Origin: Amphiscolops sp. MND2022
Taxonomy: Eukaryota
Assembly: GCA_964187785.1 (NCBI GenBank)
Contig: OZ076409.1
Location: forward strand, 82,524,001 to 82,588,000
Reading direction: 5' to 3'
DNA length: 64,000 nucleotides
In this document: positions 13,487 through 27,800 of the stretch, piece by piece
How the letters are laid out: every line of letters starts with the position of its first letter
Position numbering within the stretch: the stretch's first letter is position 1
Program-made: the position numbers and the translations under genes
The notes under the pieces: model-generated
The model's input: the letters and a program-made list of their open reading frames with translations, nothing else
Told to the model about the DNA's origin: nothing
Database searches by the model: none

Positions 13487-15352
13487 AACAAGCCGGGAAC
13501 GGCGCAACTCGGCGCCCCGCTCAAGGTTGATAAAAGTGAAGTTTCTTAAAAATGCAAGGGACGCTTTTGTCAATTTCTTTTTCGTTAGGCAGTGCCGAAA
13601 AATGCCAGAAGGGATACGCAGAAAACTCGAACACCGCTTTTCCCTTACTTGAAACATAAAAAATGGGCAAAAATTGTCTATGGGCAAAAATCTCAAAGTG
13701 CCAAAAAAAGAAGCTTTCGAACGCTCGTCAAATGCTTTTGTTCCAAACAGGAAACAATTATCAAAGTGAAAGGGGTATCCTTTGACCAAGTAGAAAAATG
13801 TATTGAAAAAATTGTACAGTGTCGAAACAAATTGAAAACTTTTGCTGAATCATTAAGAAAACCCATCAGTTACAAGGGATCAAAAAATCAATTCCAAAAA
13901 AGTCCTACTGTGCCACAAAAGAAAGCACCCTTTGGGTTTTTATTAATCTAGTTGGGAGGAAAAAATCGAAATATCCTAAAAAGAAAACCCTTTGGCGGCA
14001 AGAAACACTTCCGGCAAAAAGACTGATACCCCAAAAAAACCGTCTGTGTTGTCTAGTAACGAAAAAAAAGCTTCGAAAACTTTGGTACCCAACGGTGGCA
14101 CCATTTGGAAGCACCTGAGTATGCTTTCTAGTAAGATCGGAAGGCCTATAGAAATTCTGTGAAAAGTGGACCTTTCAGTGTGAGGTCTGTGGTCTGGAGA
14201 AAAAAAGAAACAAGACGGGAACGTCTAAAGTCGGTGCTATATCTAAGACTCAAAAAAGCGCAATTTTTTAAATTTGTTAAAGGGGGGACCCTTTCGACTT
14301 TTTGAGAATCCAGTCTGTTGCAAATTATCAAAAAAGTTGAGGGGGGCCTTTGGAGACATTTAAAAAATATAAAAATTTTTTTGGAAAAATTTTCGAAAAA
14401 AAAACGAAAAATGAGATTTTTGGAACAGTGTCATAGTGCCGAAAAACTAGAAAGGGGGGACCCTTTGGGCTTTTTGAAACTTCAGTTTGCTGCAAAATAT
14501 CAAAAAACTTGAAGGGGGGTTCCTTTGGCGACAAAAAAAATTTCGAAAAAAAGTCGCACAGTGCCGAAAAAAAATTGAAAGAGTCGCACAGTGCCGAAAG
14601 AAATTTCTCGAAATAGTTTCTGACTAAAGCAAAGGCTCGAACCCGTGACCGCTGGGTTCACCGTAAACCGAGTACTGACGAGTACATGTGAGCGAGAGTG
14701 AAGTCTGTAAAAAGTGGTACATACGCGATGAGGTCTGTGGTCTGACGAAAAAAAAAGAAAAACAAGACGGGAACGTCTAAAGTCGGCGCAAAAGACTTTG
14801 TTAAAAAAAAACTTGAACTTTTTGATTTTTTTTTCAGAAAATGTCGCATAGTGCCGAAAAATGTAAAAGGGGGTACCCTTTGAGCTCTATTAACATATAC
14901 TCTGTTGCAAAATATCAAAAAACTCGAAAGGGGGACTCTTTTGAGACATTAAAAAATTTTAGAAAAAAGTCGCACAGTGCCAAAAAAAATGAAAGGGGAG
15001 ACCCTTTAGTCTCTTCTGGTTTTGTAGGTTACGTAAAAAAGGTTAAAAATGAAAGGGGGGACCCTTTGCACTAAGTTTGCATTGGCCGGACTTGGCCTGA
15101 GTAGTCTGAGTAGTTTTATCAGTTTCTGTAAAAAGTGGTACATACGCGATGAGGTCTGTGGTCTGACGAAAAAAAAGAAAAAAAAACTAGCCACTGTAAA
15201 AGTCGGGCACTTTTCACTAGAAAAGCGCCGACTAAAAAACTAGCCACTGTAAGAGTCGGGCACTTTTTCCTAGAAAAGCGCCGACTAAAAAAGAGTCACT
15301 GTAAAATTCGTAGATTCGTACATTTTTTGTTCCACAAAAAGCGCCGACTAAA
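13487..15352 (-). mobile_element. Three nested HINE-like family A elements (13487-15352 > 14209-15290 > 14761-15236)
   Basis: Three stacked 5' ends (15349, 15286, 15233) and three 3' ends (14761, 14209, 13487). Each host resumes with the CAGACCACAGACCTC motif after the insert. Confidence 0.8.
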
Positions 15353-16755
15353 AACACCGAGACAAAAGACTTTAGTTTCTGTCCCGAAACATCTTGCTTC
15401 TCTGGAAGCGTTGAAAATTCAGCTGTCCATTGCCTTGCAGACCTCATAACGAATTTTCAAACCCGGAAAATTGTCTATCCCACATAAGATATGCCGATTG
15501 CTTATGTCTTCCATATAATGTATGTAAGTCTGAGAATCTTGGCTGAACAACCAGAATCAGCAAAAAAAATTGCCGGCCATTGCTGAGCTTGGTTGCAAAA
15601 TTGGTACCATAGCTTGCTTGGAGTATTCGAAATGATGCCAACTTAGAAAAGCCCAACTGCTTATTCGGCCTCCACCCCGCGGATTTGGATAAACTTTCAC
15701 ATTGTTATTCTTCTAGACGATTTCATTTTGAAACAAAGAAAAACCCCACTGAAACGAAGATTGATTTAAAAAGATTGATAATTCTCCTTTTAACCAACTA
15801 TAACTTAGAACAGAAAGAAAGAAGTCTGCGGGGAGCTTTCCTCACAGATTAGACTCCAGAAAATTCCGACCGTCAAACGAATATCCACGTTCATGCCTAC
15901 TACCAAGCTGTGACTTCGTTCGTTTAATCATTTCTTAGCCTTACAGTATTTTTCGAGACACATACATGAATTTCGATTACACATAGACATCTCATTATGC
16001 TGCAAGTGTCAGATTGCTTTTGTAGTGGAGAGGTCCTTGGAGAACTTCAGGGGCGTCTTGAAAATAATAGGTGCATCAAACAACTGTTAATTACTGTCAT
16101 TTAATATTCGATTTTGTTTTTTTTTGTCTGGCGAAGTACCATTAGGAGATGGAAGAATAAAAAACAAAAGACGAACTTTTTCCAAGTTTTTTTCACAGAC
16201 AGAAGAGTGTTAAATACTCCGAAGCTCCTTTATATTTCAGTGATTGCTTCTGGCGCAGTGTTGGGTTTTCTTCGATTCGTCTGGAAACTGTCGCTACTGG
16301 TTTTCCGATACTGAATAAAAATAAAAGACGGATTCGTTTTCTAAACAATTGAATTATTTTACTTGGTTTCAAGATAGCTAGAACAGTTTGGAAATTTCAA
16401 TTTCGAAAGAAGTGGGAAAAATTATGATATAAATATTCTTCTATTACAGAGGTACTATATCATCACTATGGCTCTATAGGAAACGACACAAAACATGTGG
16501 TATTAAAAACTGAAATAAGGTTCATAGTAACCTTCATTTCTTCTTTCACATTTATCTAAAAGAGTTTCCAAAAATTCGTGGTATTATTTTAAATTCAAAG
16601 AAATAGTAGAATTGCATGCACCAACAAAAGCTAAAAATTTTCATAGTCTACGTCAATCCTGGCTTGATTTTCAGAGTCTACGAAATATGATATCCATTCC
16701 AATAAAGAAATGTCTCCATTGCAGAAATTATGTTTTCATGATGTCAAACTTATTA

Positions 16756-17116
16756 TTAATATGTGCGCAGCCCGAAACCCAAAACAAAATATAAAATATT
16801 CCAGATGGCGAAGCAAGTTGGAAATAGTCTCCGAGCCACTAAATCGATGTCGCCATCAAACTTTTCCAGGAAATATCGTCGGAACTTGTTAACAGAGTTC
16901 TTTGCAATAACTGATTGTCCTTCGCCGTCTTCACATTTGTTGTTATTATCCAGAAGAAGCATCTTATTCTCTTCGACCTTGGCGAGTTCGGCTGAGCGCA
17001 TTCGGTGCTGTTCTTGGCCACTGACCATGGCGAACTCTATCAGAGACCCGAACACGAAGAAGAAGTTCACTATCATGTACGTGTCTCCCAACTTCAGATC
17101 CGCAATTCCTGGAAAC
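16756..17116 (-). CDS. Cys-loop channel terminal exon encoding TM3, the intracellular loop and TM4
   Basis: Acceptor cccag restores the frame (AA|G = Lys). Contains DTYMIVNFFFVFGSLIEFAMV (TM3) and IDLVARRLFPTCFAIWNILYF (TM4); ends at TAA. Confidence 0.95.
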
Positions 17117-18489
17117 CTGGGAACAATGTTGTGAATAATCGCAAACACCTGTGGAAATGATATAGCTTAGTCATTAGTAGTTTTTTGATATCTTGGAAAT
17201 AATGCGGGTAAAGCCCCCCTGTAAATTCAATATTTCCTTCTGTGTAGGCAATACTTTATTAAAATCACTTCCGCCTTCTGAATCATTTTCTCTCTAAAAG
17301 TGTCTTCAAAAGAAAACAGGTTTTCAGAGAAGCTTATAAGAAATTTGATCAAAAGCTCTTTTTAGTCTAATTTGTTTGCTAGACAACAAATTTGAAATTT
17401 AAAAAATAAATAGCTAGAGTCATCATTTTTAACCGTACGGTTCGTTTTTGTGGCCGCATTCGAGGATACATCTTAGATTTATTTAGATACCTAAGTACAC
17501 TTGGAAAAAAGGAAGTCTTATTTCCCAGAGGAGCTTCAAATTCGTGAGAATGTTGCGGCAATAAAAATGAAAGAAATAGAAAAATCATTTGAATGATTCA
17601 ATATCACTTTCGCCAAAAAATGGAACCAAATGACCAGACATTTCTAATATAAAGAATCATTGAATTGATCACAGAGAGTCTCATTCAGTTTTTTTAGTTA
17701 TTATTCACAGATTTTCTGAGAAACCGCTCCTAAGATAGCCAGGAAACACAAGGGAACAACGGGGAAGTTTTCCTTTTCCCAAGATTACAAAAGACCAAAA
17801 AAAAACAAAATCGTTGTAGATTCTGTGTCAATGTTGTTCAAAATATGTTTTTGAAATCTGGAAGTTTCCAGACGTCTTCGTTCTGGGGCCATATCTGCGC
17901 CCAGAATGAGGAATCCTGTAACCTCTGGGTATACCAACCTTAACAAATTGGCTGATTTACTCTGTCAACTCGGGCGAGCGAACCAAATTGAACTGTCAGC
18001 AAAATTTTCGAATAAATCCAATCTTTTAAACTTTTAATCATTAGGTTTTTTGAATCCTTGGGTCTTCTTATTTTTGTGCGTTCAAAATTGACAGATGGAC
18101 CTGTTTTTGCAGGATGTAAAGTTTTACTCAAGTCACAATTCACTTGCCGGTGGCGCGAATAGTCATTTGTGGAATCCTCGCTTTTTTCTGTCCAATTGGG
18201 ACATAATACTTTACACACTACTTACTTCGCGTAATGCAAATTCCAATGAATGCGAATTCCAATGAAATTCCATTGAATTCCTGTGACTGGAATAAAACAA
18301 TTAACTAACTGGCTCCAGAAAAAAACTATTATTTTCAGCTTCCCAATAGAAAAAAAACACTGTATTTCCTTCGTTAATAAATGACAAAAAATAGTAATTT
18401 TTTTCAGAAGGCAGTGTATTTACAGTCTTGTAATAATTTTTTAAAAATCTAAAGTAGAAGAGAGGTATCATTATGTTTTGCACAATATA

Positions 18490-20110
18490 CGACTAATCTA
18501 TCGAAAGCGATACTCACTCCAACACTTTTTTTCCATATTCGAAATTGTCTTTTTCGCTTACATATTTGTTTAGGAACTATTGTTTGATATTTTTTTGGTT
18601 GTTATGAAGGTACATTTCCCAATTTTTAGCTTGTCAGGTAACTCGTTCCTTTTGGGTACTGTTTTATTGAAAAAACTTTACTTGAGAAAGTCAGTTTTGC
18701 ATTGGATGTTGAAGTAGACTTTCTTGGTTAGTTCGTGAGATCTTATGTCACCGCTAGGAAATTTCATTTTCCCTGCAAAAGCCGGAAGTTTTTTGTTTTT
18801 CCATTTCCAGTAGAAGGTGGCATTTTTGCTTTGGAAGAGATATCGGACTGGAAGGATATTATGTAGAATTTTGAGATCTGAGGAATGATCATATTTTAAA
18901 CGGTTAAAACATGCTTTAATTCCCCAATTTAACTATTTTTCCAAAGGGGTAAGAAGGTTTTCTGAAATTCCGTTTAGTAAGATAGCTGAGTAGTGCAAGT
19001 GGCTCACCACTAGGGCGTTCAAAAGCAATTTCCTGGTTTTTTGGGGGAATATGTCTCGTACAGACTACAGACTTTTCATTCCCAGAGCCATCTTGCGGAG
19101 GATATTTTTGGTGTCGATTTGGTAGTTTGGGTTTTGATCTAGGTAAACACCGAGATGTTTCACATTAGAAATTGCCGAAATAACTTGGTTATGAACTTTG
19201 AGTTTTGGTTTATTCATCGAATCGTTTTTTGCTTTTCTACAAAAAATTATAAATTCAGTCTTGCCAGCATTGATGGTCAACCGGTGACTTTTAAAAAGAA
19301 TTATAAATTCTTCACATTTTGTTCCAGTGAGGCTATTGCTTTGTGGATATTACTATCTGATTTGAACACCATGGTATCATCTGCGTATTGCAAAAGATTG
19401 CAGTCATTTTGAACCTCATGTTGCATATCATTAACGTAGATGTTAAATAGTAATGGACCGAGTATGGTTACTTGAGGAACACCTTGGTATAGTTTTATCC
19501 AATCTGAGTGACAGTTGGGAAGGGTTACTTTTTGGTATCTTTCGGAAAGAAAACTTCGTATCATCGAAATTGACATCGGGTCGAAATTAATTTGCTTTAA
19601 TTTATTTAACAAGATTTCATGCGATATGGAATCGAAGGCTTTTGATAAATCCAAGAAAACTGCTGCGACATTTTCGCTATCGTCTAAATATTTTCTGATA
19701 GTTTCAGTAGCATAAAGTAATGCATCGGTTGTTGAAAAACGTACTCGAAAACCAAACTGTGTTTCTCTTAATAACTGATTTTCCTCCAGATATTCATTCA
19801 TTTGTTTTCTTAGAACTTTTTCGAAAATTTTTGATAAGGCAGGGGTTATTGAGATGGGTCGATAATTGCATGGGTCTTCTCTGTCTCCCTTTTTGTAAAT
19901 AGGAGTTACCAAAGCGTGTTTCAAATGATTCGGAAATTTTCCTTCTATGATGAAGGCATTGATTAGGTAGCAAAGGGGCTCAGGAATGACGTTTCTACAG
20001 TCTTTCAAAACCCATGCAGGAATACTACACGGTCCTGTAGGTTTATTTTTCTTAAGACATAATAGCTGTTTTTTGCAGTCATAAAGACTGATGGGTTGAA
20101 ACGAAAATAC
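18490..20110 (-). mobile_element. 5'-truncated, decayed CR1/L2-group LINE (RT domain); boundaries approximate
   Basis: ORF 19301..20008 has NYRPISI, FLDLSKAFD, GVPQ and YADD. Continues with frameshifts through 19065..19280 (KHLGV) to about 18497. Confidence 0.88.
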
Positions 20111-22237
20111 TTTTTTTGTGAGAGAGAGTTAACCCCCCAAACTACGGTTTGAAAATTATGACGAGGACCATGGGATGCGTAACCCTTCGCATTCCTTGAA
20201 AAATTGATTGACTAAATTTTGAGAACAGTTTTTAACGCAATGCTATTTTTTTTCACAATGGACTTCATTGAAAGATTTGTCATGAGAGTCACTATTGAAC
20301 TGGAGTGAAAATTAGAAATGACACTCAACAGAAAGGGTCATTTCCAACAGTTAATGTCCGAAAAAAAACTCAACAAACTGTTTTTTTAGAATAAGGAAGA
20401 AAACTCGGGGCATCAAATAAAGTGTAGTACCAATTGCGCCGCGTAGTAGATTTCGTGTTCAGTAATAGGGAAACAAAAACAAAGAAGAACTTTTCAAGTA
20501 TTTTCAGATTTTTGTAGGAACGGTTATTTTTGTTCAAAGTCACCTATCTTTACCCAAAGCGATATTCTGTCATTCTTTTCGATTTCGATGCAATCGATTT
20601 TTCTTCATATTTTTGACGTTTATGTCATGTATCTCTCTCAACTTCACCTTAAAAGTTGATAGACCGCATTCAAACCCCCGCAGGTCGGTGAAGAAAGAAA
20701 GATGGTGCTTCTATTTAGGAAGATTGCATTTTTCGCTATTTAATTGAAATGGTTTTGGAATGATTCGAAATCGAAAAACAGGTAAACCAGGTCTCAAAAG
20801 AATGGTATCAGGTGCTTGAGATCTATTTTTTTCCAATTTTTTATGAAATTGTGTTTTAAAAACGTCAAATCGACATGAAAAGGATGTGTAGCCCTATGAC
20901 CGAGATTGAAGCAACCTATCTTCATACAAACAAAGAGGCTTCAACCTCTGTGCAATTGATCAAGTGAATCTTCACGCTATTGTTCATACGGCTGTTGTTG
21001 GGAGACTTAACATTTTGTTGGTTCTCCTTGGATTGATTTTAGTGCTGCCGTAGAACAGTCACGGATTTCAACTGAACATAGCTCAGCTGTGACATGCTAC
21101 AGTAGTTTCAAACCAGGGAAGTTTTATTTGGGAAATATAGAACCAAATGTTGTCCCTAGTAGAGATTGCTTGAACTTTTTACATGCTGCATTGAAACTTG
21201 CAGGCTAAAGTTGACGTCAAACTGGGCAGTGCATATGAGCCGAACGTCCTCATATTTTTCCGCAACTCTGGATTGCCCTATTCACGGATTGATGAATTCT
21301 ATTCAAGTAGAACGATTATACAAGGCCCACTGAGACCGGTGGATCATACCGACATATCGGTGATCATATCGCTGATTTTTTATCACTGTATAAGTTCTGC
21401 CTTTTTTGTCGAAAAGCGCCCACTTGAAACAGCTAAAAATAATGATTTTAAATGCAAGTATTAAAATCCTGCTAACATGGCTAAACCATTAACGGAGAGA
21501 TCTTCAACAAATTCCGAGGAAACGTGGCGTTAAAACCGATCGAAAAAGTCTGGGGAAATGTCTGGAATCGTTCCAAAAATTTTTAAGTAAAAGACCAGAA
21601 AAATTTTAAAGAGGCAAAGTTGTGCCTCTCTCAGATTAGTATAGCGAGATTATGAAACCCACAATTAAACAAGTAAACATTTTCGTACAAGACATAGGTC
21701 ATGACAAACACGACACTGATGCTGCAGCTCCAAAGCATCAATCTTTGAGAATCTCTCAATCAGAAGCAGCTGAAAATTTCGAAATCTACCGTCAAAACGA
21801 ACACAATAAAGCGTTTTCATTTGTTGAAACCGCGACAGGTCAAATGCCAGCACAAAGCAATAGGACCTCAAAAGTTGGAAGATTTTCGCGCTCGTTTTAG
21901 GCTGTAAAAGGAAGATAAGAAATGAATTACAATTCAGGATGTCCTCTTGAAAAAAGCTATTTTAGTGCTAAAAAAGTAATATTTAGCCCAAGAAAGTTTG
22001 GCGGACATCTTACAACTGTTAAAACTTTTTTTCCAGAAACCGTCAGTTTCTGAACATAGAATCGTTAACGCTGGCAGCGCGTGTAATCACCAAGCACGTT
22101 GAAGACCGAACGCGTCGTGGAAGAACAAGAATATAAAAGTTTTCATTGTTCCAAGGGGACAAAAGTAAAGAGGGAAATAATCCATTTTTCCAAGGCAATA
22201 GTAAAGAAGGCTTTTTTGGAAGCAAAAGTTGTCTCAC

Positions 22238-22445
22238 TTGTTGGCAGTTCCGGTGATGAGGGTGATCTGGGCGAGGATGGTGGTGATGGTGAGACCGGCT
22301 CTGGCTGGCACGGCCTTCTTGTCTATCCAGAACGACACCCACGACAGAATGACCAGCGCCACACTCGGCAGGTACATGGTCACTATGTACATCGTCAGCT
22401 TGCGCGCCAGTCGCACTTCCATACACAAGTTCGTGTAGTTAGTTC
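22238..22445 (-). CDS. Cys-loop channel exon encoding beta10, TM1 and TM2 (YLPSVALVILSWVSFWID...VPARAGLTITTIL)
   Basis: Acceptor tgcag and donor GTGAGA. LSWVSFW and PAR motifs are diagnostic of anion-selective pLGICs. Confidence 0.96.
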
Positions 22446-24612
22446 CTGCAACAAATGTCTGTGTTTACAATTTTCGCAAATAGCACGAACCTCGTTATGA
22501 ATTCAAGACGTCCTATGTCGTCAATATGTCCGCTTCACTCTCAATACAAAGGCCAGGTAAAAAAAAGTTCCTGCAACCTAAATACAAAAGAAACATATAG
22601 TTTGAAAAACCATAGATATGTGTAATTGTAGTTTTGTGTACTCAATTCTCAGTTTTCCAATCCACCTTTCACATAAAAATTCTTAATAAACCTATGTGAC
22701 CCGTGAACACGATATGCTGAAATATTGTAAAAAGCTTAGTTCTACGGCTCATTGCATACTTTGAGTTACTTCATATCGCAAAGTGAATTTGGTAACTGGT
22801 GAAAAAGCGATTAAGAAGTACACAAAAGTGCAAGCGCAATAACATTTGAAAATATTTCGTTGGTACCGCAAGTTTCGAGAAATTATGTTTCAAAATTATA
22901 TCGTCGTATTTCAGTCAAAAACAAATGATTGGAAAGTAGTAATCAATTCATTCAGCTCTATTGGGAGGTTTGAAAAAAAAGAAAACTAGGGAAATTAGAA
23001 TGAGAGTCAAAAAGATGTTTCTTTACTCACTGTTTCGTTTTGGTGCTTCAAAAAATTCATTGCTTTGATTTACGATTCCATGGCAATTGTCAATCTCACT
23101 AAATGTGTGTATCTATTGGCACATGTAAAATATGTGAAAACTTTTATCTGATTGAAAACTTCGACTAGCCACAAACACAGTGGAGACAACCCTTGATGAA
23201 ATTGCTTGAACTTTTGCAAGGTCTTTAAAGTTGCCCATTTTTCTTTACAATGAATTTCTATATCTCTTAGCGAAATTTCCATGCGAAAATGCTTCCCTGT
23301 TCTAGTCGACTTTCATTAAGCTGCTTGCGAGAAGCATCCAAAACGTGGCGGCAATTTGAAAATTTGAAGTTTTGCAGGTATTCAATTCTGTTTTTGAATG
23401 CGTCTAAGATGTTATCAACTTTACCACCGTTTTGAGGCGAAAAGACTTGTTGTAAACTGCCAATTGGCGTCATTTGAGAAGCGGTATTTACATCAGATGA
23501 GTTGTTGGAAAGACAAAAAGTGAATACAATGAGATCATGTCAGAAACGAAGTGGGATATGTTTTCAAATTTAATTGCAATAGTGGAAGCTGCAGTGTAAT
23601 TCTACAAAATTTACCACCGGAAGTTCACTAAAAATTTCAAGTTTTTTTTTAAATTTAATCATCTTGCAGGTCCGCAGCATGGAAAATGTTCCAACAGTTT
23701 GGACTAGGGGAAAGCTCAAAAGTCAAAGTAACAATTTTTGAAAAAACATGACGAGAAAAACCTTCAAGCAACATGAACTCAGAAACATTGCGACTCCGAT
23801 CTTACGTGTTGTATTCTAGGTGATTTGAGATTAACATTTTCTATTGCACGTAGTCTACTTTAGGCCACTTCTGTGGAACTTACTTGAACTTTTAACACGT
23901 TCTTCAAAGTTGCCGGTACTTACATTATGATTTTCTAAAACTCTTACGGAACCTTTATTTGGTTAATTTTTCCCTGTTGTCATCAACTTTTATCAAGCTG
24001 CTTGAAAGAGTCATCAAAGTTTTCTAAGGAAATTTGATATGTTTGTAATGAATTAACAACTGAAAATTGTATCAGTAATCCTTATACTTCAATGCATATC
24101 GACTTATAAGGAAAACTTATGCATTTTAGACACGTATAGTTACGCGCACTCTGAAAGTTGTGTCTTGTAATGTTGGCCGGAATTTCAAGCCCGCAAGTTT
24201 CATTATGCATCAGTTCTAATTTTAAAACCAGTTGAGACGTCAACAATTTCGCCGCCATTTTAATGCAAATTAATAGCATTCACAATATAAACAACAAATT
24301 AGCGTCATGTTTAGTGTGCTATTTAAGAAGCGGTGATTAAATCAAAAGAGTTGGTGAGAAACCAAAGTGCGAATACAACGTGATCGTGTCCGTAGAGAAT
24401 GAAAATATTGTTTCAAGTTTAATTGCAGCAGTTGAAAATGCAATGTAATTCTACATGATTTACAAGAGACACCTTACTGAATTTTGTAGGTTTTAAAAAA
24501 CACTACCCCGCATGCAGGGCTGTAACGTGTAAAAGTTCCAGCAGTCTCAACTATGGCAAGTACGCGCTCTGATGATGATAGCAGACAGTTTGTAAAGTTC
24601 ATCAGTTACGCA

Positions 24613-24842
24613 TGTCATATTCGGTTCATTCCGGATTCCTGCTGACCTGTACCAAGTTTCGGTTCACAAACTGTCAGAAACTGTCTAGTCCACTTGATTG
24701 TTGTTGATGAACAAAACTCAAATACATACTCAATCAGATAATTTTTTATATAAATTTAGTATCTATATTTCAGTCGATGAACTATATATATTTTCTTAAC
24801 ACATTCGTTTTCACCTAAAACGTAGTAAATGGGAATAGAACA
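24613..24842 (+). repeat. 5' LTR of Gypsy element 1
   Basis: TGTCATATTCGG...GAATAGAACA; homologous to 30115-30344 and 34793-35022. Confidence 0.92.
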
Positions 24843-24856
24843 TGGCGTAGTCAGCG
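24843..24856 (+). promoter_or_regulatory. Primer-binding site (tRNA-Ser-like)
   Basis: TGGCGTAGTCAGC directly after the LTR is complementary to the 3' end typical of eukaryotic tRNA-Ser (…GACTACGCCA). Confidence 0.7.
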
Positions 24857-27800
24857 AATTTTTAAATAAATTGATATCTTCTTAATCTAGAAACATGACA
24901 GAGAAAAACACAGTACCGAATTTAGAAGCAAGCGTTCGGGCTGAAACGCAATATTCACACCGAGACAGTGGTTAGAACGATTCCGGCAATTTACTAAACG
25001 GGATCATAAAATAGACATTACACCACTAATGAAAGGAGAAGACATCACTGATTCCGGATGGACCGGAAAAGAACAACAACTAGTCCATGAAGATTTCATC
25101 GGGGAGCTAGACTTGAAGGGCTGTACCGAAAAGCCCGTGCCGAGTTTAAAACGGAACCGGACAGTATCAAAATTAAAGGTCTAATCCGGTTTTTTACCAG
25201 TACTACTTACCACAACGCAATACTTACCAAAACCGCGGAGATTTTTTTGGGCAAAACAAACGGAAGAAGAGACACCCGAAGACTTATAGAAAGGACTGAT
25301 CGAAATTGAAAAAGAGTGCAATTTCAGCACTATCTTAGCCGAAGACCTACTGATATCCAAAAATATGGCAGCAATCACAGATGAAAAAATTACGGGACGA
25401 AATGATGGAAGACAAGACACTAGAACTGAAAAAGACGATCGAATTAGAAACACATACGAAAAGAAAACAAGAAAAACACAATATTGGGGGCGGGCGTTAG
25501 TTTTGGCGATTTGGCGAAAGAAAGACACGCAATCAAAGAAGAACAGATGCAAAGAATGGAGAACTTCAGTGCGAGACCAACAACTAGACCGACAGTAGAC
25601 AGACCGTGTAGATTTTGTTGGGCACCGAACTGGACAACGTTACACAAGTGCCCAGCAATGGAAACAAACTGTAACAAATGGGGGAAAAACACTACGCAAA
25701 AGAATGTAGACAGAAATACACCAACAACCGAACAGTGGAAAGACTAATCGAAAAAGAAACCCACGACCCAGAATTCATAATCGACACCGGATCAACGATA
25801 ACGATAATGCTGCCGGATTGAAAGATATTGAAACTCACCGGAACACAAAAGATCACAAAACGATACCAAGAATTGAATAAAAACAAAATGAAAGCCCGAG
25901 GAGTGATTCCGGTAGACATGGAATACGAGAATAACAAACAAAAAATGGAAGTTCTAATAACCGAAAGAACATATATATATCACCTGTAATCGGGATGGAC
26001 ATGATGAAGAAATTCAAACGGACAATCGGTAGAATACAATTGGCCGAAAACAACCAATCTGAACGCGAGAAAGCATTCAACAAGTTTCCGGACTTGCTTT
26101 ATAATAACGAAACAATAAAAGATACCGAAATAAACATCCAGCTCGAGACGGGACATTACCCACTCAAACAAAAAACTAGACCGGTTCCACTACAATTACA
26201 AGAAGATGTAGTGGGCGAACTAGAAAAACTGATAAAATCAGGGCATCTAGAAAAAATAAACGACGTGGATGAAGATTGGTTCGAATCACCGGTGGTAATA
26301 ACTGTAAAAACCGACAAATCGCTAAAATAGAATGATATTTCTATTAAATGATAGTTTAATAGCAAATTAAATGATAATTGTATCAAAATGAGGCCGAACA
26401 TGCCAAACATGGAAGATTTATTACTCCAAATTCCCGTAGAAATTACACGCGACCGAACAGCACAACTATTTATACCGAAATTAAACCTGGACCACTATAC
26501 GTACAAATCAAATTATCCGAAGAAACAAGCTGACAATGTGGGTTCGCAGAACCGGCGGAAAATTCAGCAAAAACTACAGATTCAAAAAAAGATTTTACGG
26601 TCTTGCCGTTATACCCACAATGTTCAAAGAAGTAAAATAAGCGAACATTCGGAAACACCATCTTAATTAGAGGACATAGTTGTAGTAATCTGGAGAAACA
26701 ATCAAAAACACGAGAAAAATTATATGATATCCTGAACAAATTGGAGAAAGCCGGACACCGAGCAAGTTAAAGAAAATCAGAAATCTTCATGAACCAGACA
26801 GAGTGGTTAGGTCACGAGATTGACAAACACAAAATAAAACCGAAGGGAAAAAAAGTAGAAAAAACCCTAAAACTAAACCCACAAAAGTAGAAAAGAACTG
26901 AAATCACTCCTCGGAGTAATCCAAAACATGGCAGAACTCCTACCGAAACTTTCGCAAAGAATGGATCGACTCCGAAAACTACTGAAAAAAAATGAAACGT
27001 GGAATTGCGAAACTGTACAAGAAGAAGACTTCGGAAAGATAAAACAGATGTTGAACGAAAGCCCATGCCTAGCACACTACGCAAAAGATAAAGACAATAT
27101 ATTAATGAGCGACGCTATCACAACCGGACTGGGGATCACACTATGGCAAAAACAAGAGGACGAAAATACAAAACTGATAGCATACAGAAGCCGATATTTG
27201 AATGAAAACGAAAAGAATTACTCAATCGATGAACTAGAAATATTATGGTATGGGGGCTAGAAAAACTCCGTTTTAACCTCTACGGAAAGAACGTCCATCT
27301 GTACACTTACCACCAAGCCTTAAAACCACTGATAAAACGAAACCGGAGCAACAAACGGTACAGCGCGAGAATACCGAGATGGTTGGACCGTCAAACTCAT
27401 TTTGATATATCGATACAGTATATCGCTGGCAGCAATTTGAATTTTACCGATTATCTCAGTAGAAATCCGGGGAGCCATGCCGAAAGAAAATTACGATGAA
27501 GAACAAATATTTAATATCCTCGTCGCCGAACAAACTAACTGAAACTTGAAATACGGAAAAACGTTCGCGGACCTATCAGACCACAACAAAACCATAACCG
27601 AAAGAAAGAAGAAGGATATCGAAAACAAAATTGAGCACAGAAAGGGACCAATCACATTTAAATAGAACATTCGAGAACAAAAAATACGTGAATTAAATCG
27701 ACCAGAGCTATATATCAACAACTTCCGGCCAGTCAAATATTAACACTTTGAAAAGCAATCATCGGAGAAGAACGAACACGAGAAAATGGACAGAGTTTTT

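Noticed and set aside
14300..15070. CRISPR-like repeat-spacer pattern (GTCGCACAGTGCCGAAAA and AAAGGGGGACCCTTT modules)
   Set aside because: Irregular spacing, related spacers, eukaryotic context and no cas genes; these are internal repeats of the element.
17117..17148. Upstream acceptor (ccacag) or GTG start for the terminal exon
   Set aside because: It is out of frame with the preceding exon; the acceptor at 17117 restores the conserved M2-M3 loop.
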